The notes below the pieces were generated by a model, which did no database searches, was not told the origin of the DNA, and worked only from the letters and a program-made list of their open reading frames with translations. This document shows, piece by piece, positions 25,310 to 37,520 of a stretch of DNA of 64,000 nt. Origin of the DNA: Rhynchobatus australiae (lineage: Eukaryota); the NCBI GenBank assembly GCA_034780895.1, contig JAUZTB010000062.1, positions 19,147,607-19,211,606 on the forward strand, in the 5' to 3' direction. The position numbers and the translations under genes are program-made. Every line of letters begins with the position of its first letter. Position 1 is the first letter of the stretch.

Positions 25310-26400
25310 CCATGCAATGAAATCATGGCTGATCACTGACCTAACTCCACCTCCATGCTTTTGTACCATATCCCTTAGCATCTTCAGTTAAAGGAAAATC
25401 CTATTAATCTCAGATTTAAAATTCATAACTAAGCTGCCTTGCTAATGTTTGCGCAAGGGATTTCCAAATTTCTAACATCCTTTGAGTGGAGAAGTATTTC
25501 TTAACTTTACCTCAAAAAGTCCAATTCTAATTTTTGGTGTGCTTACCTAGCCTTAGATTAGCCGACCGAGAGAAATTGTTTTCTTACATCCACCCTATCA
25601 TTTCTCCATTTAAACCTCTTCTAAATTCTAGGACTACAATCCTGGTTTGTGCACTCTCCTTTCTGAACTCTTTCAGACTCCAGATACGTTTCTAGTAAAT
25701 TTATATCATACTCCCTCCAAATCCTTCCTCAGCTACAGTACTGATTGTACTCCTCGGACCTAACCAGGTCCAAGAGCTGCTGCAGCATGGCTTCTAAGCA
25801 CTTGTATCTTAGGCCTCCTTATGTAAAGGCCAGCATTCCTTTGTTTTTTTTAAATTATATTTTTTACCTATCCGCAACATTTTAATGATTTATGAATATC
25901 AACCACCACTGCCACCCCAGAGTCTTTTTGGAACTCCACTGTTTCTGTTCTTTCAACTTTTAGGTAGCACTCTATTCTTTTAGATGCAAAGTGGATGATC
26001 CTATACATATACTGAAAGCTACTCATCATATTCAATTAACTTATTAATACCTCTTCATAATTTCATGCATTGACTACCACATTTACATTGCCACCTAACT
26101 TGCCACACTGGGTCATGTGGCCTTGTGCACCATTTCTGTTTAAAATAAACAGTGAATTGTTGAGGGCACAGCAGAGACCTCTCTGGGTTGTAGTCACATC
26201 CTTACAAAGCTCACCCCTACCGTCCTCACTCTGCCTCCTGTCATGAATTTGATTTCTTAAATAGATTAACAAATCGCCTTTAATTCTGGATGTTTAAATA
26301 AATCTTTAGACATTACCCCAGAATACTACTTAATCATCTCTTCATAAATTTCAATCGTGTTCCTCAGACATGATCTGACTTAGACGCTGGCTAATCAACC
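25310..26400 (-). mobile_element. CR1 LINE decayed 3' portion
   Basis: Antisense tail TGAAATCATGGCTGATC; AAAGGCCAGCATTCC (GMLAF); GACATGATCTGACTT (KSCL) near 26370. Confidence 0.75.
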
Positions 26401-27379
26401 TGAGCCCAATGACATGTTTGGGTAAGATCAGCTTTATATCCCGATAGAACATTTGGATCAGGTCAGGACATGCCAGCATGACCTTGCAATTTATTCAGGC
26501 TTGCGTGATTTGCTTGGCATTACTGTGTGTGTCCTTTTTTCTCGATCAATTGATATACGTGCTGCAGTAGGAAGTCTCTTTTGATGCTCTTCAGCAAAAC
26601 ATGTTGGATTGGATATGGAAATCAAATTAAGTATTCAGCCTTAGGTTGGGTTTGGATTGGCCATGGTTGGCACGAGTTTAAATAGGGTTTTAATTTATAT
26701 TTAAGCAGAGGTCTATTCTGCATCTCTTTCTGAAAAGCTGAACATTTTCAAAAAGTTCAGTCACTCTATCCTTAATTATGGACTCTATTAATTTCTTGAC
26801 AATAGATGACTAACTGGTTTAATTCCCTGGTTTCCTTTATCAACTTTCTTAAATAGCAGAATTACATGTGCAAGTCTTCAGTCTAAAGCATTGTTTTTGA
26901 ATTGGGATAATTTTGATCACCATATGGGCATCTCCAATCTTTTCACATCCTTTATTTAAATCTTGATTTAGTTTGGTTCTGGAGATCTGTTTCCCTTTCA
27001 TGTCCGGCATATTTAAGTACCTAATGTACACGGATCTACTATGTACACATCCCACCATGTGAGGTACATTAGGAAAAAGATAATGGCAGTCTAGTGATGT
27101 TATTGATTAGAAAGAGGACAATACTGCACAGTGAAACATTCATTTTAAGAATGGGCTACAACTCATTCTCCATGTACTAACGTTCATTACCATCTCTCCA
27201 GCATAGGAGATTATGTATTGTATTTAATTTTTTGTAAATTTGTGCTTTCATCTGCACTGCAAACCATACCATCCTTCAACAGTGTGATACACTGTACTGT
27301 TCATTACTTCCTCTAATGGTACAGTTCCCTTTACCAGTGAAGGCTATAGGAGTTTAACAAGGTTATTTGTAACCATTCT

Positions 27380-28200
27380 ATAAATATTTTTCTTCCTGCT
27401 CACAAGGTAAAGAACCTGATGGCCATTAATGAATATTGAGCACAATGAAGTGGTTTTATATCCTATTTAAGGTGATCTTATATTTTGTGCATTTGCAAAA
27501 TCTCTTGCCTGTGTCTTCACTCTAAAATAAATCACACTTATACCCTTTTACACAAATCTAGCTTCCATCTCTGTTAATATTCAACTGAATTTTGACAGCC
27601 CCTTTAATGCTTTCATTCTGTTTCCAAGTTGATCGACTTTTCTGACTTCAATCTGCTTATGGGCTGCCTGAGTGCTGAGCTGTCATGGCATAAATCAGGG
27701 ATATGGCCTTGTGCCTGACGCAGACATTCATTAGCATTGTTGGTAAATTCAGTTCTATCAGTATTCATTGATTTTACTGCTGTCACAATTCAGATGCAGT
27801 GTTAGGAAACTCCTACACTGGAGTTATTCCCCAAGGAGTAATCTGTCTGGCTAACAAACATTTGAAACTGCACATTTTCTTTCTGCTGGTGTATACAGAC
27901 TAGATTTGAGAATAATCAGTCAATCGTCAGCCAGATTTGCTGCTACCTAAAGCAAATTTGCAATAACAACTTGCAAACTATCTTTTCGGGTCAAGGCATC
28001 TTCATTCATGATATCAAATAGTGAATAAAGAGCAAAAGTGCATCGGAGGTGATGAAAAGTTAATGGAGTGACAGGGAAGGATAAGTCAATCAGCTGGTTT
28101 TCAGATTTTGCAGAGGCTGTGATTTATTCATTCCATTAACACTACAGCCTATATTCTGGGAGTGACTGGTGTGGATCCATTCAATACAAACTCCCCCAAT
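27380..28200. promoter_or_regulatory. Putative conserved enhancer with PBX-HOX plus MEIS motif pair
   Basis: CTGTCA 27680-27685 lies 3 bp from CATAAATCA 27689-27697; further TGACAG/CTGTCA and TGATTTAT (~28120) motifs; repeat-free. Confidence 0.45.
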
Positions 28201-29844
28201 ATAAATGTCACTGATGTTAGAATGGTACAAGTGACAGTGCAAGGCTTTTAGCTTTTTCCTTTGGTCTCAAGCAGCATGGAATGTCATACCATATTATGCT
28301 CTGAACATCCAATAGGAAAGGTTTTAAATCTCTAAGAGAGTCTTGCCCATATCCAGAGTGAATCAAATCAGGAGACACCCTAAGCTATGCCAAAATGTAA
28401 CTAAATGAATGGTTCTGGATAGAACTCATGGGGATTACTATTCCCATTGGAAAGAAAAATGGAAGTTATGGCAGCTGTCCATCTCCCAGCCTTCTTTTAA
28501 CATTGGGATCCAATTTCCTATTCACACATTCCAGCCTTTACATTCCCTTCAAATTGGGAATCGCAGTGCTTTGAAATTACGATTTGGTGGGATTCTGATG
28601 AAGATGCATTCAGTCATAATCCTGCGGATGGCAGCTTTGCGTCATTGGCTCCAAGTATATACACCAAATGTCCGAACCTGCATCAGGTGGAGCCTGAAGG
28701 AAAGAGCACATCTATTTTATTTAGCAATATCAGAGTCTCCACTTTGAAGGGTAATAAGTTTATCTCCCATCCTCAAACAAATGGCCTAATGCTGTATTAT
28801 TCCCTATATTTATTTAAACATTCTTATGCTGAAGAATTCTTTGTGTCCATTGAAGGAAAGAATGCAATGTGGGAAATGCAGGAACATTCATATTTTTGAT
28901 TTTTGGTTTGAGTTGGCTGCTGCTCCGGCCTCAGAATATTGCCCCCTACAGGACCGATGTTAATTTTCACTTCCACACAGGTCACCCTTATGGTTGATCT
29001 GAGTGAAATTGCGGATTGGTGTTAAATTATCAACTAGGTTGAAACTGCTTAAACTCATGTTTATAGAATTCTTACTCTTCAAAAAAAAAAGGAAAGTTAA
29101 CAGAAGCTTTTAATGTGCTGGCCCACTATATCACCCAATTATCTCAGCAACTGACATCTGGTGTGTGCTGCTTTCATCTCGGACAACATAGGGCTTAACA
29201 TAAAGCTATTAAACTTGTGGATTTTTGTAGGTATAAAAATATTCTCATAACTCTTCAAGAATATATTTTAATTCTTTATAGTTTGCATCTTGTCACCCTG
29301 TTGGTCCTATTGCCTTGTTTTGGGTAACTTATAGCGTAGTTTCAAATAGGACATTAAAATCCAATTCAGTACAATTTGTTTATCAAATACAATCAATCTG
29401 TATTGGCCTAATGTAATGCTTTATGTATAATGCATGGTGGCAAAACTGAATGCTTTTAAGGCACTGTGCATGAGAAAGCTAGGAAGACAGCAGACAAGGT
29501 ATGGAGGGTGAAAGTTCAAGGGCTACATATTTGGAGCAGGGTGCTGCTTTTCTCTGCTGTTTTGACTGTGCTTGCTTCCTTTTATGGAGACCTTTGGGTT
29601 GTCCCTGGAAAGAATCATGTAAATTAGGCTTTCACTATCTGGTATTTCCAGTTCTATTTTCAGAATATATATAACCTTTCTGGACAGATATTCACTTGGG
29701 CTTTACTCATGTGTTTGTTCAGAGAACAGACAAGTTTTCTACAATGTGGAGGCGCAGCTTCTTTCTGTGAATAGTGTGAGCTGAGCAATTGAAAAGTCTG
29801 TGGGTGTCAGGTAACTGGTGTTGTTTAGGGCCAAAAATCAAGGA

Positions 29845-29902
29845 CCTCCACAGATGCTGCCTGACCTGCTGTTCCTCCAGCATTTTTTTGTGTGTTGCTT
29901 CA
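29845..29902 (+). mobile_element. Penelope-like tail fragment
   Basis: CTCCACAGATGCTGCCTGACCTGCTGTTCCTCCAGCATTTTTTTGTGTGTTGCT. Confidence 0.75.
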
Positions 29903-30035
29903 TAANNNNNNNNNNNNNNNNNNNNNNNNNNNNNNNNNNNNNNNNNNNNNNNNNNNNNNNNNNNNNNNNNNNNNNNNNNNNNNNNNNNNNNNNNNNNNNN
30001 NNNNNNNNNNNNNNNNNNNNNNNNNNNNNNNNNNA

Positions 30036-30480
30036 CATTAAACATTTCCCAAACAATGACAGAGTGCTTCCTGGCGCTCTGGGCATACAGCTTGCTTACG
30101 CCCAGGGGTCCCCCAGCCTGAAGCTCCAACATCCCTCCCACTCCCCGGACTTTATCCACCCTGACTCCCCCGCAGCCTGGTACTTACCTGAGTCCTTCTG
30201 CTCAATGCACAATGGCAGAGTGAATGGAGGAAAGGACTTCTTCGCTGCAAAAGATGCAAGGCCTGTTCTATTGCACGTGGTGGTCGGGCATCGAGGCCAT
30301 ATTGTGCCCACCTCCCCATCCCCAACGCATTGTCCAGTTTATGAACAGCCCCTATTCAGGCAAGTCTCTTATTCCTCCTTAGTAATTCCCTTACCCCTTC
30401 AAGAATTGAAGGTTATCAGGATGTTTGTCTCTGGGCTGCTGCCATTGCAACTGTAAGAGGCATTAATATATCCCTCCCTA
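30036..30480 (-). pseudogene. Decayed Cys-rich glycoprotein-like frame, possibly a retroviral env SU remnant
   Basis: One frame of ~148 codons with 4 stops, many Cys/Trp and sequons NAS, NGS, NRT; GC higher than the flanks. Confidence 0.35.
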
Positions 30481-31394
30481 TAAGAGAACCAAGGCTTTCA
30501 TGTCACAGAATACTGTTGACTGAAACCAATGCATAACCATTCTATTCCACAGGCCATTGAAATTACGTTTAATTTTCTAAAAAAAATCCCTTTGCTGTAA
30601 CAGTTTACCATTTTGTGACTTATCCATATAAAACTCTTAAAAGTATCTTTCTAACTTTCAAATTAGTTTGGACCTGGTACTGGAAGAATCTAAAGTGGGA
30701 ACCATTCCAGTAAGTGCTCACCATCACTTTAAAAGTGCTAAAGTTAATTACTGTTTGTTAACTTTACAACCTGATGTGTAATTGCTGAATATATTAAAAG
30801 ATAATGGAAACAACTCAGCTTGAATAAATCCATACATTCTAACTTTTTACCTACTAGATTCCAATTGGCTTCAGCTGGTAACTTGATGACAGGACAATTA
30901 ACACCAACCTTTCTCCACATGGGAAATCACTGGTGTAGAACAGTCCATTATGAGAAGTACACTGGGCACTTGCTGGAGGGGAAATTACTCTAGGCTAGTC
31001 TCCCACCTTCTAATAGCTGGCTTAAGATTGGCACTGCAGAGATATGGAAGCAAGTGACTTGCCATCCTCTCGGCTACTGATAATTTACTGTCTGGGGAGA
31101 TGTAATGAGAGACATATAAATAGCAGCAAAAGCATTTGTTAATACACCAATAGATAGGTGTCAAAAATGCTTTATTTTTGTCATTTGTAATACATCAAAT
31201 ATTTAACTGGGACCCTTAATCTCTTATTTATTATTATTAACCACCTTGAGCTTCTTATTCATTTAAATTGGCCTTTTGGAAGATTTCTTTACTGAAGATG
31301 ATTTTTGCATTCTTCACAATTGCTATTAGTAGAAGACTGAAAATTCAAAAACTTGTTTCGTTCTATATGTTCGATAGAGCCATAATCTAGGGCA

Positions 31395-31610
31395 CGTGAA
31401 TAAAATATTCCATTGTATTTTTCAAACAGCAGATGGCCCTCCCAGGTTCTTGGCCAGCACTCATCCCTCAAATGAACACCACTGGAATGCATCAATTATC
31501 CCACTGCTGTTTGTGGAATAATGCTTATTAGACTACTACACCTACTTATAAAACAGACGTGGCTGAACTTTGACTGGCTTTGAAGGTACCCTGAAAAATT
31601 GGAAAGCTCA
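31395..31610 (+). mobile_element. Deu-domain SINE 3' part, old
   Basis: GTTCTTGGCCAGCACTCATCCCTCAA..TGCTGTTTGTGG resembles the sense strand of the 51735 copy. Confidence 0.45.
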
Positions 31611-32269
31611 ACCCCAATGCAATTTTCCAAATCGAAACAAAAGAAAAAAACAGACTAATTTCCACTTCCACNNNNNNNNNNNNNNNNNNGGCGAACTTCC
31701 CTGGATTTTGCAGAGCATTGTGCTGGGGAAGTGACTGCATGTTGAAATTACTCACCGTCTTTCAGTGTAATGACAGTAATGTTGAGCTTATGCACAGGTT
31801 TCGTAATGAACGGAAAACAGAAAATGGGAGGTATTTTGTACTTAGAAACTTGAGAGTGGATAAACCATTGAGGAGATGCTTAGGCAAGTTGGACCTACAG
31901 AAGGAACTGGAAAAGCCATTCAAACTCACGTTTGTTTGGCTTTTCAATATACATGTTTTTGGCCCTTTTCCCTATTAACTTTGGTTGCTAAAAATCTATC
32001 AAAGTCACAGTTGACCCAACATCAATACTGGTTTGCTGAAGAGATTTCAAAACTCCTCCCACCATGGATACATAGAGCTGTTTGCCAACTTCATTTCTGA
32101 AAGGCCTATATTTAACTTTAGATAATTGCTCCCTGGGCCTAGGCTTCTGAAACAGTTAAAGCACCTTGGATCTATCTTGGTGATTAACCACCATGTCCTA
32201 TTTGATGAGTGACCAGTACCAAGATGTACGCACCAATAATGAAGCCAACCTGAACCTCCTAATTAAAAC

Positions 32270-32600
32270 CTCCTCGTGGCTGCAGCTGGTGGTGATGGAA
32301 GTCATTAGGAGGAGCGCTTGCAGGAATGCATACCAGACAAGGGCAAGAGTGGCCAGTCAGATTTTCTGACACACCACTGGAGGGATTGCAGGATAAAACG
32401 GCAAGGTGGAGAGGATGACAGAAGCCCTGCATTCATAGAGAGTCAGGAAAAGCACACAACTCTAGTCAATCAACTACGGCAGGAATGATACTTAAATCAC
32501 TGTGAGCAGAGCGCACTCATATGCTAACTTCTCCCTTGCAGGCCAAGATGGCACACAATTAGTGCAAGTGCAGATCACCCCATTCTCACCTGGAGTACTG
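32270..32600 (+). mobile_element. Possible PIF/Harbinger Myb/SANT gene remnant
   Basis: LQLVVMEVIRR...HWEG, then GCTAAC-pyrimidine-CAG acceptor (~32540) and AKMAHN; loose resemblance only. Confidence 0.3.
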
Positions 32601-33084
32601 CTACTGTGGAATCGCCCAGAGAATTGTCCATATCCAGAGGAAACGCAAAGATTATTGAAGATGATGTTGCGTTCCTACATTGTTCCTTTTTTCAGATACG
32701 ATTTCCCCTAATCCCACAATCTCAGATTTACCAGCAGGATGTGGTGTAATCATACACCTCTTAATTGCCCCTTCATTTCCTCCCCTTACCCTTTCTCCTT
32801 TCAGGCAAGGATTCTCACTTGACCAGGCAGCAGTGGCTGAGCACCATGAAAGCTATGAAGAAGGCATCCTGCAATTAATCTGACCTTTACATGAATGAAC
32901 AGTCTCAATGCTCATGGTAGCAGTGTGGAATTTAGATCAGAGGCAGGATCTATACACAAGGAATCATTGGGTGTGTGGCCCGCTGTCTTGCCAGGGATAA
33001 GATTAGTTCTAATACCAGAGGGTGAGGTTGCACACGAGTTCTTCTGATGAGTTGCTCCTCGGTGAGAACTGTGTAGCAGAACTA

Positions 33085-33575
33085 GACATTGGTAATTGGC
33101 TTATTGTTGTTACATGTATTGAGATACAATGAAAAGCTTTTGTTTGCCACCCTTTCATTCCATACACAAGTATTTCAAGGTAGTACAAAAGGAAAAAAAG
33201 ACAGAATGCAGAATATAGTGTTGCAGTTACAGAGGAAGTGCAGTGCAGGTTGACAAATAAAGTGCAAGGGCCATGATGAGGTAGACTGAGAGATCAAGAG
33301 TTCATCTTTATCGTACAAGATGTATATTCAGGAGTCTTATAACAGTGGGATAAAAGCTGTCCTTGGGCTTGGTGGTATGTGTTCTCAAGCTTTTGTACCT
33401 TCTGCCCTGATTGGCCTGGGGGTGGGGGAGTTGGAGACAGAATGACCGGGGTGGGAGGGGTTGTTGATACGTTGGTTGTTTTCCCCAAGGTGGTATGAAG
33501 TGAAGTGGAGGCAGAGTCAATGGAGGGAGGCTGGTTTTTGTGATGGACTGAGCAAAGGCACACAGAAAAATCACA
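33085..33575 (-). mobile_element. Rex1/Rex-Babar LINE 3' end
   Basis: ORF 33308-33574 AQSITKTSLP...GRRYKSLRTHTTKPKDSFYPTVIRLLN, followed by a 3' UTR ending TACATGTAACAACAATAA. Confidence 0.85.
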
Positions 33576-34049
33576 AATGTGAGTAGTTGCCTGTACGGTT
33601 TTTGACATGGTTGGATATAGAAATCTGGTTTGAAATGCTGCTATGCTCTGGTCATTGGAGTAAAGTGGGAGCTGAGATGATTAACATCCACATTATTCCA
33701 ATGACAGAGTACAGGACCAGACCACGGAGAGAAGGCAACATGGGAACTGTGCAGGAAATGGGATCCTGTTTATTGAAAGTACAGCTTGATAAATTGGTCG
33801 GTGAATACCAGGCCAGAAATTAGCTCGCCACATTCCTCCTTCCACTCATCCCACTCCATAGCTGCCGGTGAGGTCTGATTCCACATTATTACCAGGTTGT
33901 GGAGAATGCAACACACGAGCATAAATTTGGTGACCGATTGTGTAGTGTACTACAAGATGCTTCAAGTGCAGTTTACGCACAACGCAGTCCATTCATTTTA
34001 CCGAATTCTCGTCCCTTAGTAAGTTTTCTTGGATGGCCAGCGTGCTAAC

Positions 34050-34940
34050 TACTCCCCTACTGTAAACACTAATGCAAAGTAATTATTCAAATTATCTATC
34101 ATTTGCTTTCTCTCATTCATAATATTGTTGTGATCAGTTTTCATTTTTCTGATGGGTCTCTTTTCCCTAATGTGATAGTACCAATATTTGTAGAATCATT
34201 GAATGGTTACAGCACAGAAAGGGGCCATTGAGGCCATCACGTCTGTGCTGGCCCTCTATCAGAGCAACCCACTAGTTCCATGCCCCAGTTCTATCTCTGT
34301 AGCCCCGCAAATTTTTCTTCATCAAATATATATACCCAATTCCAATTGGAGGTCATTTTGCTGTCCCTTAATTTAAAAAATCATATTCTCCTTTTGTCTC
34401 AGTTATGACCTATTTTGTCACCTTTTGCTGTTCATTGCTTTGTCCTGTTAGTTCTCCACTTTTATGCTTTCTTTTAGTTGCCCGTTGCCACTTACCTCTA
34501 TAGTCAATTTTGGCTGAATTTGTTTTGAAAGTATTCCATCTGCTTCATATAAATGGTTATATTAAATTATATTTTTTATATTTTCAACTCTTCCACTGAT
34601 TTTCAGTCATATGCCCATTAACAAATTTCTCATTTTTCTGGGACAGTCTCTACCTCACCACATTGAAGTCAGCCTTCCTTAAATCTGGAACCTTAGTCAG
34701 AAATGTGAAACTGCTTCTATCAAACACTACGCCAAATTGAATTATACAATGATGGTTATTTAATAAATATTCATGCATCATTAGACCAAATCTAAATCTA
34801 ACATGGCTGTAGCTTGTTGATTCCAGTGCATACAAGTGCAGTAACATACCTTGAAAACATTCAAGGAATTCACCTTTCTGACATGAACTAGTCTGCGTAT
34901 TCCAGTCTAGATGAATGTTAAAAACCCCATTCAATCCTCT
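34050..34940 (-). mobile_element. CR1 ORF2 fragment (APE endonuclease end) with a nested CR1 tail at ~34190-34350
   Basis: ORF 34650-34934 GVFNIHLDW...EFLECFQ...NNHHCIIQF...KVPDLRKADF. Confidence 0.8.
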
Positions 34941-35134
34941 TGGTGTTTCTGGAAGACTGCAAATGAGTTTCGGCTGCTCTTACCACTTTTAAACTGTTCA
35001 AAATTAAATCATCCTGAAAATTTTGAAGCAAACTTTTGAAAATATTCTTAGTCCAAGTTTTCCCTGGAATATAAATGGTCTCTGCTGATTTTAAAATTCT
35101 GTCTTTTGATCATGTTTTTCTGTTTCTCTGGCAG

Positions 35135-35212
35135 GAGATGATAGCAACAAAAAGACAAAGGCACAAGACTCGGCATTTTAATGATCCAAGTGCGGGCAGT
35201 GTATCTCAATAG
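35135..35212 (+). CDS. Candidate terminal coding exon of an unidentified gene
   Basis: Acceptor TGTTTTTCTGTTTCTCTGGCAG, then EMIATKRQRHKTRHFNDPSAGSVSQ* (or xDDSNKKTKAQDSAF*); unique purine-rich sequence. Confidence 0.4.
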   Translation, partial: EMIATKRQRHKTRHFNDPSAGSVSQ

Positions 35213-35634
35213 GCTGTGGAGAGATGGAGGACAGAGCTGTGCACTATATTAGCTTAAGAAATCTCATAAACAACCAGATGCACACCACAGGATCAGACAG
35301 CAGAATTTAACTTTAACTGCACTGCCCAACAAGTGTGGATGCAGTGCTGGAAGAAACTCAGTGATCTTGTCATAAGGGGCAACCAAGATATCGACTGACT
35401 TTGATTTTCACCAAGCCAAATGAGATTCCTGAATGCAATCAGCTTTTCTCCCCCATGATTTCTTTAGCAGATTCCTTCCGCCGACAATCTTCTAACCTTT
35501 AAGTTCTATTTATTCTCAAAGACTGAGCATATACAATGTTGCACACTCCCTTGCTATTTTGGCTCCTTAATCTTAGGAAGTCCTTTAATGTTTTATCAGG
35601 GCCCCTACCTGACTTGAGTTTCTTTATTATTACT

Positions 35635-36226
35635 GTGCAAAATGGCACAGCATTTAGCACCACAGTCTCAAAGTTCTAGTGACCTCTATTTGATCCTGAC
35701 ACCCAGTGCTGGCTGTGTGGAGGTGGAGTGTGCATTTTCTTCCTCCAACGGTGTGGGGGACCCCCCCCAACCCTCCCCCAGGTGCTCTGGTTTCCTCCCA
35801 TATCCCAAAGGCTCGCAGGTTGGTAGATTAACTAGCTGCTGTAAATTACTCCAGATGCACCTGGGTGCCAGGGGAATTGGGTACGTGACTATAGTGGGAG
35901 AGTGCAGCACCAGCGACCCTGGTTCAGTTCTGCCGCTGTAAGGAGTTTGTATGTTCTCCCTGTGTCTGTGTGAATTTCCTTCAAGTGATCCGAATTCCTC
36001 CCNNNNNNNNNNNNNNNNNNNNNNNNNNNNNNNNNNNNNNNNNNNNNNNNNNNNNNNTGTTGATACAGGAAGAGTGGCGACACTTGCTGGCTGCCCCCAG
36101 CACATTCTCAGTAATGCAAAAAAGAGTCTGTTTTGATGTACATGTGACTAATAAATAAAATATATTATCTTATTGCTCTGATAGCTGGCTTAGACTCAAT
36201 GGGCAGAAAGGCCTCCTTCGTAGTAA
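35635..36226 (+). mobile_element. HE1-like V-SINE with CR1 tail, interrupted by a younger SINE
   Basis: tRNA-like head, V domain GGTGCTCTGGTTTCCTCCCATATCCCAAAG; tail TAGACTCAATGGGCAGAAAGGCCTCCTTC resumes after 36173. Confidence 0.8.
35903..36173 (+). mobile_element. 5'-truncated V-SINE with Rex1-type tail, nested
   Basis: Collinear with 56067-56340 (CAGCACCAGCGACCC..GTAAGGAGTT..GATGTACATGTGACTAATAAA). Confidence 0.9.
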
Positions 36227-37239
36227 AAAATATTAAAACAAAATATGGAAAATTATAGCTCTGAATTTATGACCTCTATCCCCATTTCATTTTGTACCAT
36301 AGAAAATAGCCTGCAGCATAAACTCATGCTTAACCATGAAAGGAGAGAAGCCCCCATAATGTACCCCACCCTGTACGACCATCAGCCATCCCTACCTATA
36401 AGAAACAAGATTATCTCACTGTGGAACACTTCAGCAACATAGTTTAAACACTATGGTGTGATGTTACAAAGTAGTATTGAATTAGGAAATTTAAATAAAA
36501 GTTTGGATTTTAACATTTCAAAAGGAAACTCATGGCAAGGTTAACACAATGGATTAATTTGCAGTCGAAACTCTTGATGTTATCTGGCAACTTTCCTTGC
36601 TCTCAACCAAAAGAAGTCAATATTCATCAAGGGGTTATAAATGCCATTACTCCTGGGAAATTTGGAGATGAAAACAAAGTTTCAATGCGAGCCTGCATCT
36701 TTGTGAAACTTGAGAACAATTAGTTTTATTAAAAGTTACCATATGACACCTAAAAGGGCAATGTATACATTGAGGAAGAATTCATCATTCTGAAGTATTG
36801 GGTGAAGAAATGGGATAGCTTGAGAATGCACTATCAATAATGGAAAGCAAGACCACTGAGTGTTTCTCAGCACTGTATCAGTGCTTCTGAGCAGCACAAC
36901 TAAAGTTTAGTTCCTCTAATATCTGCTTCCACACGTAATAGATAAGAATTAAGTAGTGAGAGAGTGATGAGGAAGTGAATCTCAAAATATATCTGAATTT
37001 GAAAATGCCATCAACGTTCCACCAGTTGTGAAATCATTCAGTAATTTGACCAGAATCAGCACATATTTAGAGTCTTTATACTTATGTAAGTGTTCCAAAC
37101 CACAGCATCTCTCTTCCGTGAGGAAGATTCCCTCACGGCTACACGCCTTCATATTAACATCACAATGTTTACATTTACAGATTTTACTGCATATAATTCA
37201 TTTTATTTGAGCACACTGTTACTTTGCAAAAAAATTAAA

Positions 37240-37520
37240 ACACAGTGGCAGAGGTGGAAGAGCTGCTGCCTCACAGTACCAGAGACCTGGGTTCAATTCT
37301 GTGTGGGGTTTGCACATCCTGTCTATGGCTGCATTTGTTTCCCAGGGTGTAGGTTGGTGGGTTATTTGGTCCCAGTGTGTAGGTGAATGGTAGAATCTGG
37401 GAGGAATTGATAAATACGTGGGAGACTAAACTCGGATTAATGTAGGATTAGTATAAATGGGTGGTTGGTGGTCAGTACAGACTTTGTGGCCTTTTTCTGC
37501 GCTGCATCTCTCTATGACTC
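37240..37520 (+). mobile_element. HE1-like V-SINE
   Basis: Head CACAGTGGCAGAG..GCTGCCTCACAG..GACCTGGGTTCAATTCT (A/B box-like), partial V domain, tail CTGCATCTCTCTATGACTC matching CR1 3' ends. Confidence 0.85.

Noticed and set aside
6313-33070. Other CTGATGA hits (~6313, ~18802, ~28595, ~33044) as hammerheads or C/D boxes
   Set aside because: No stem II followed by GAAA and no convincing snoRNA terminal stem.
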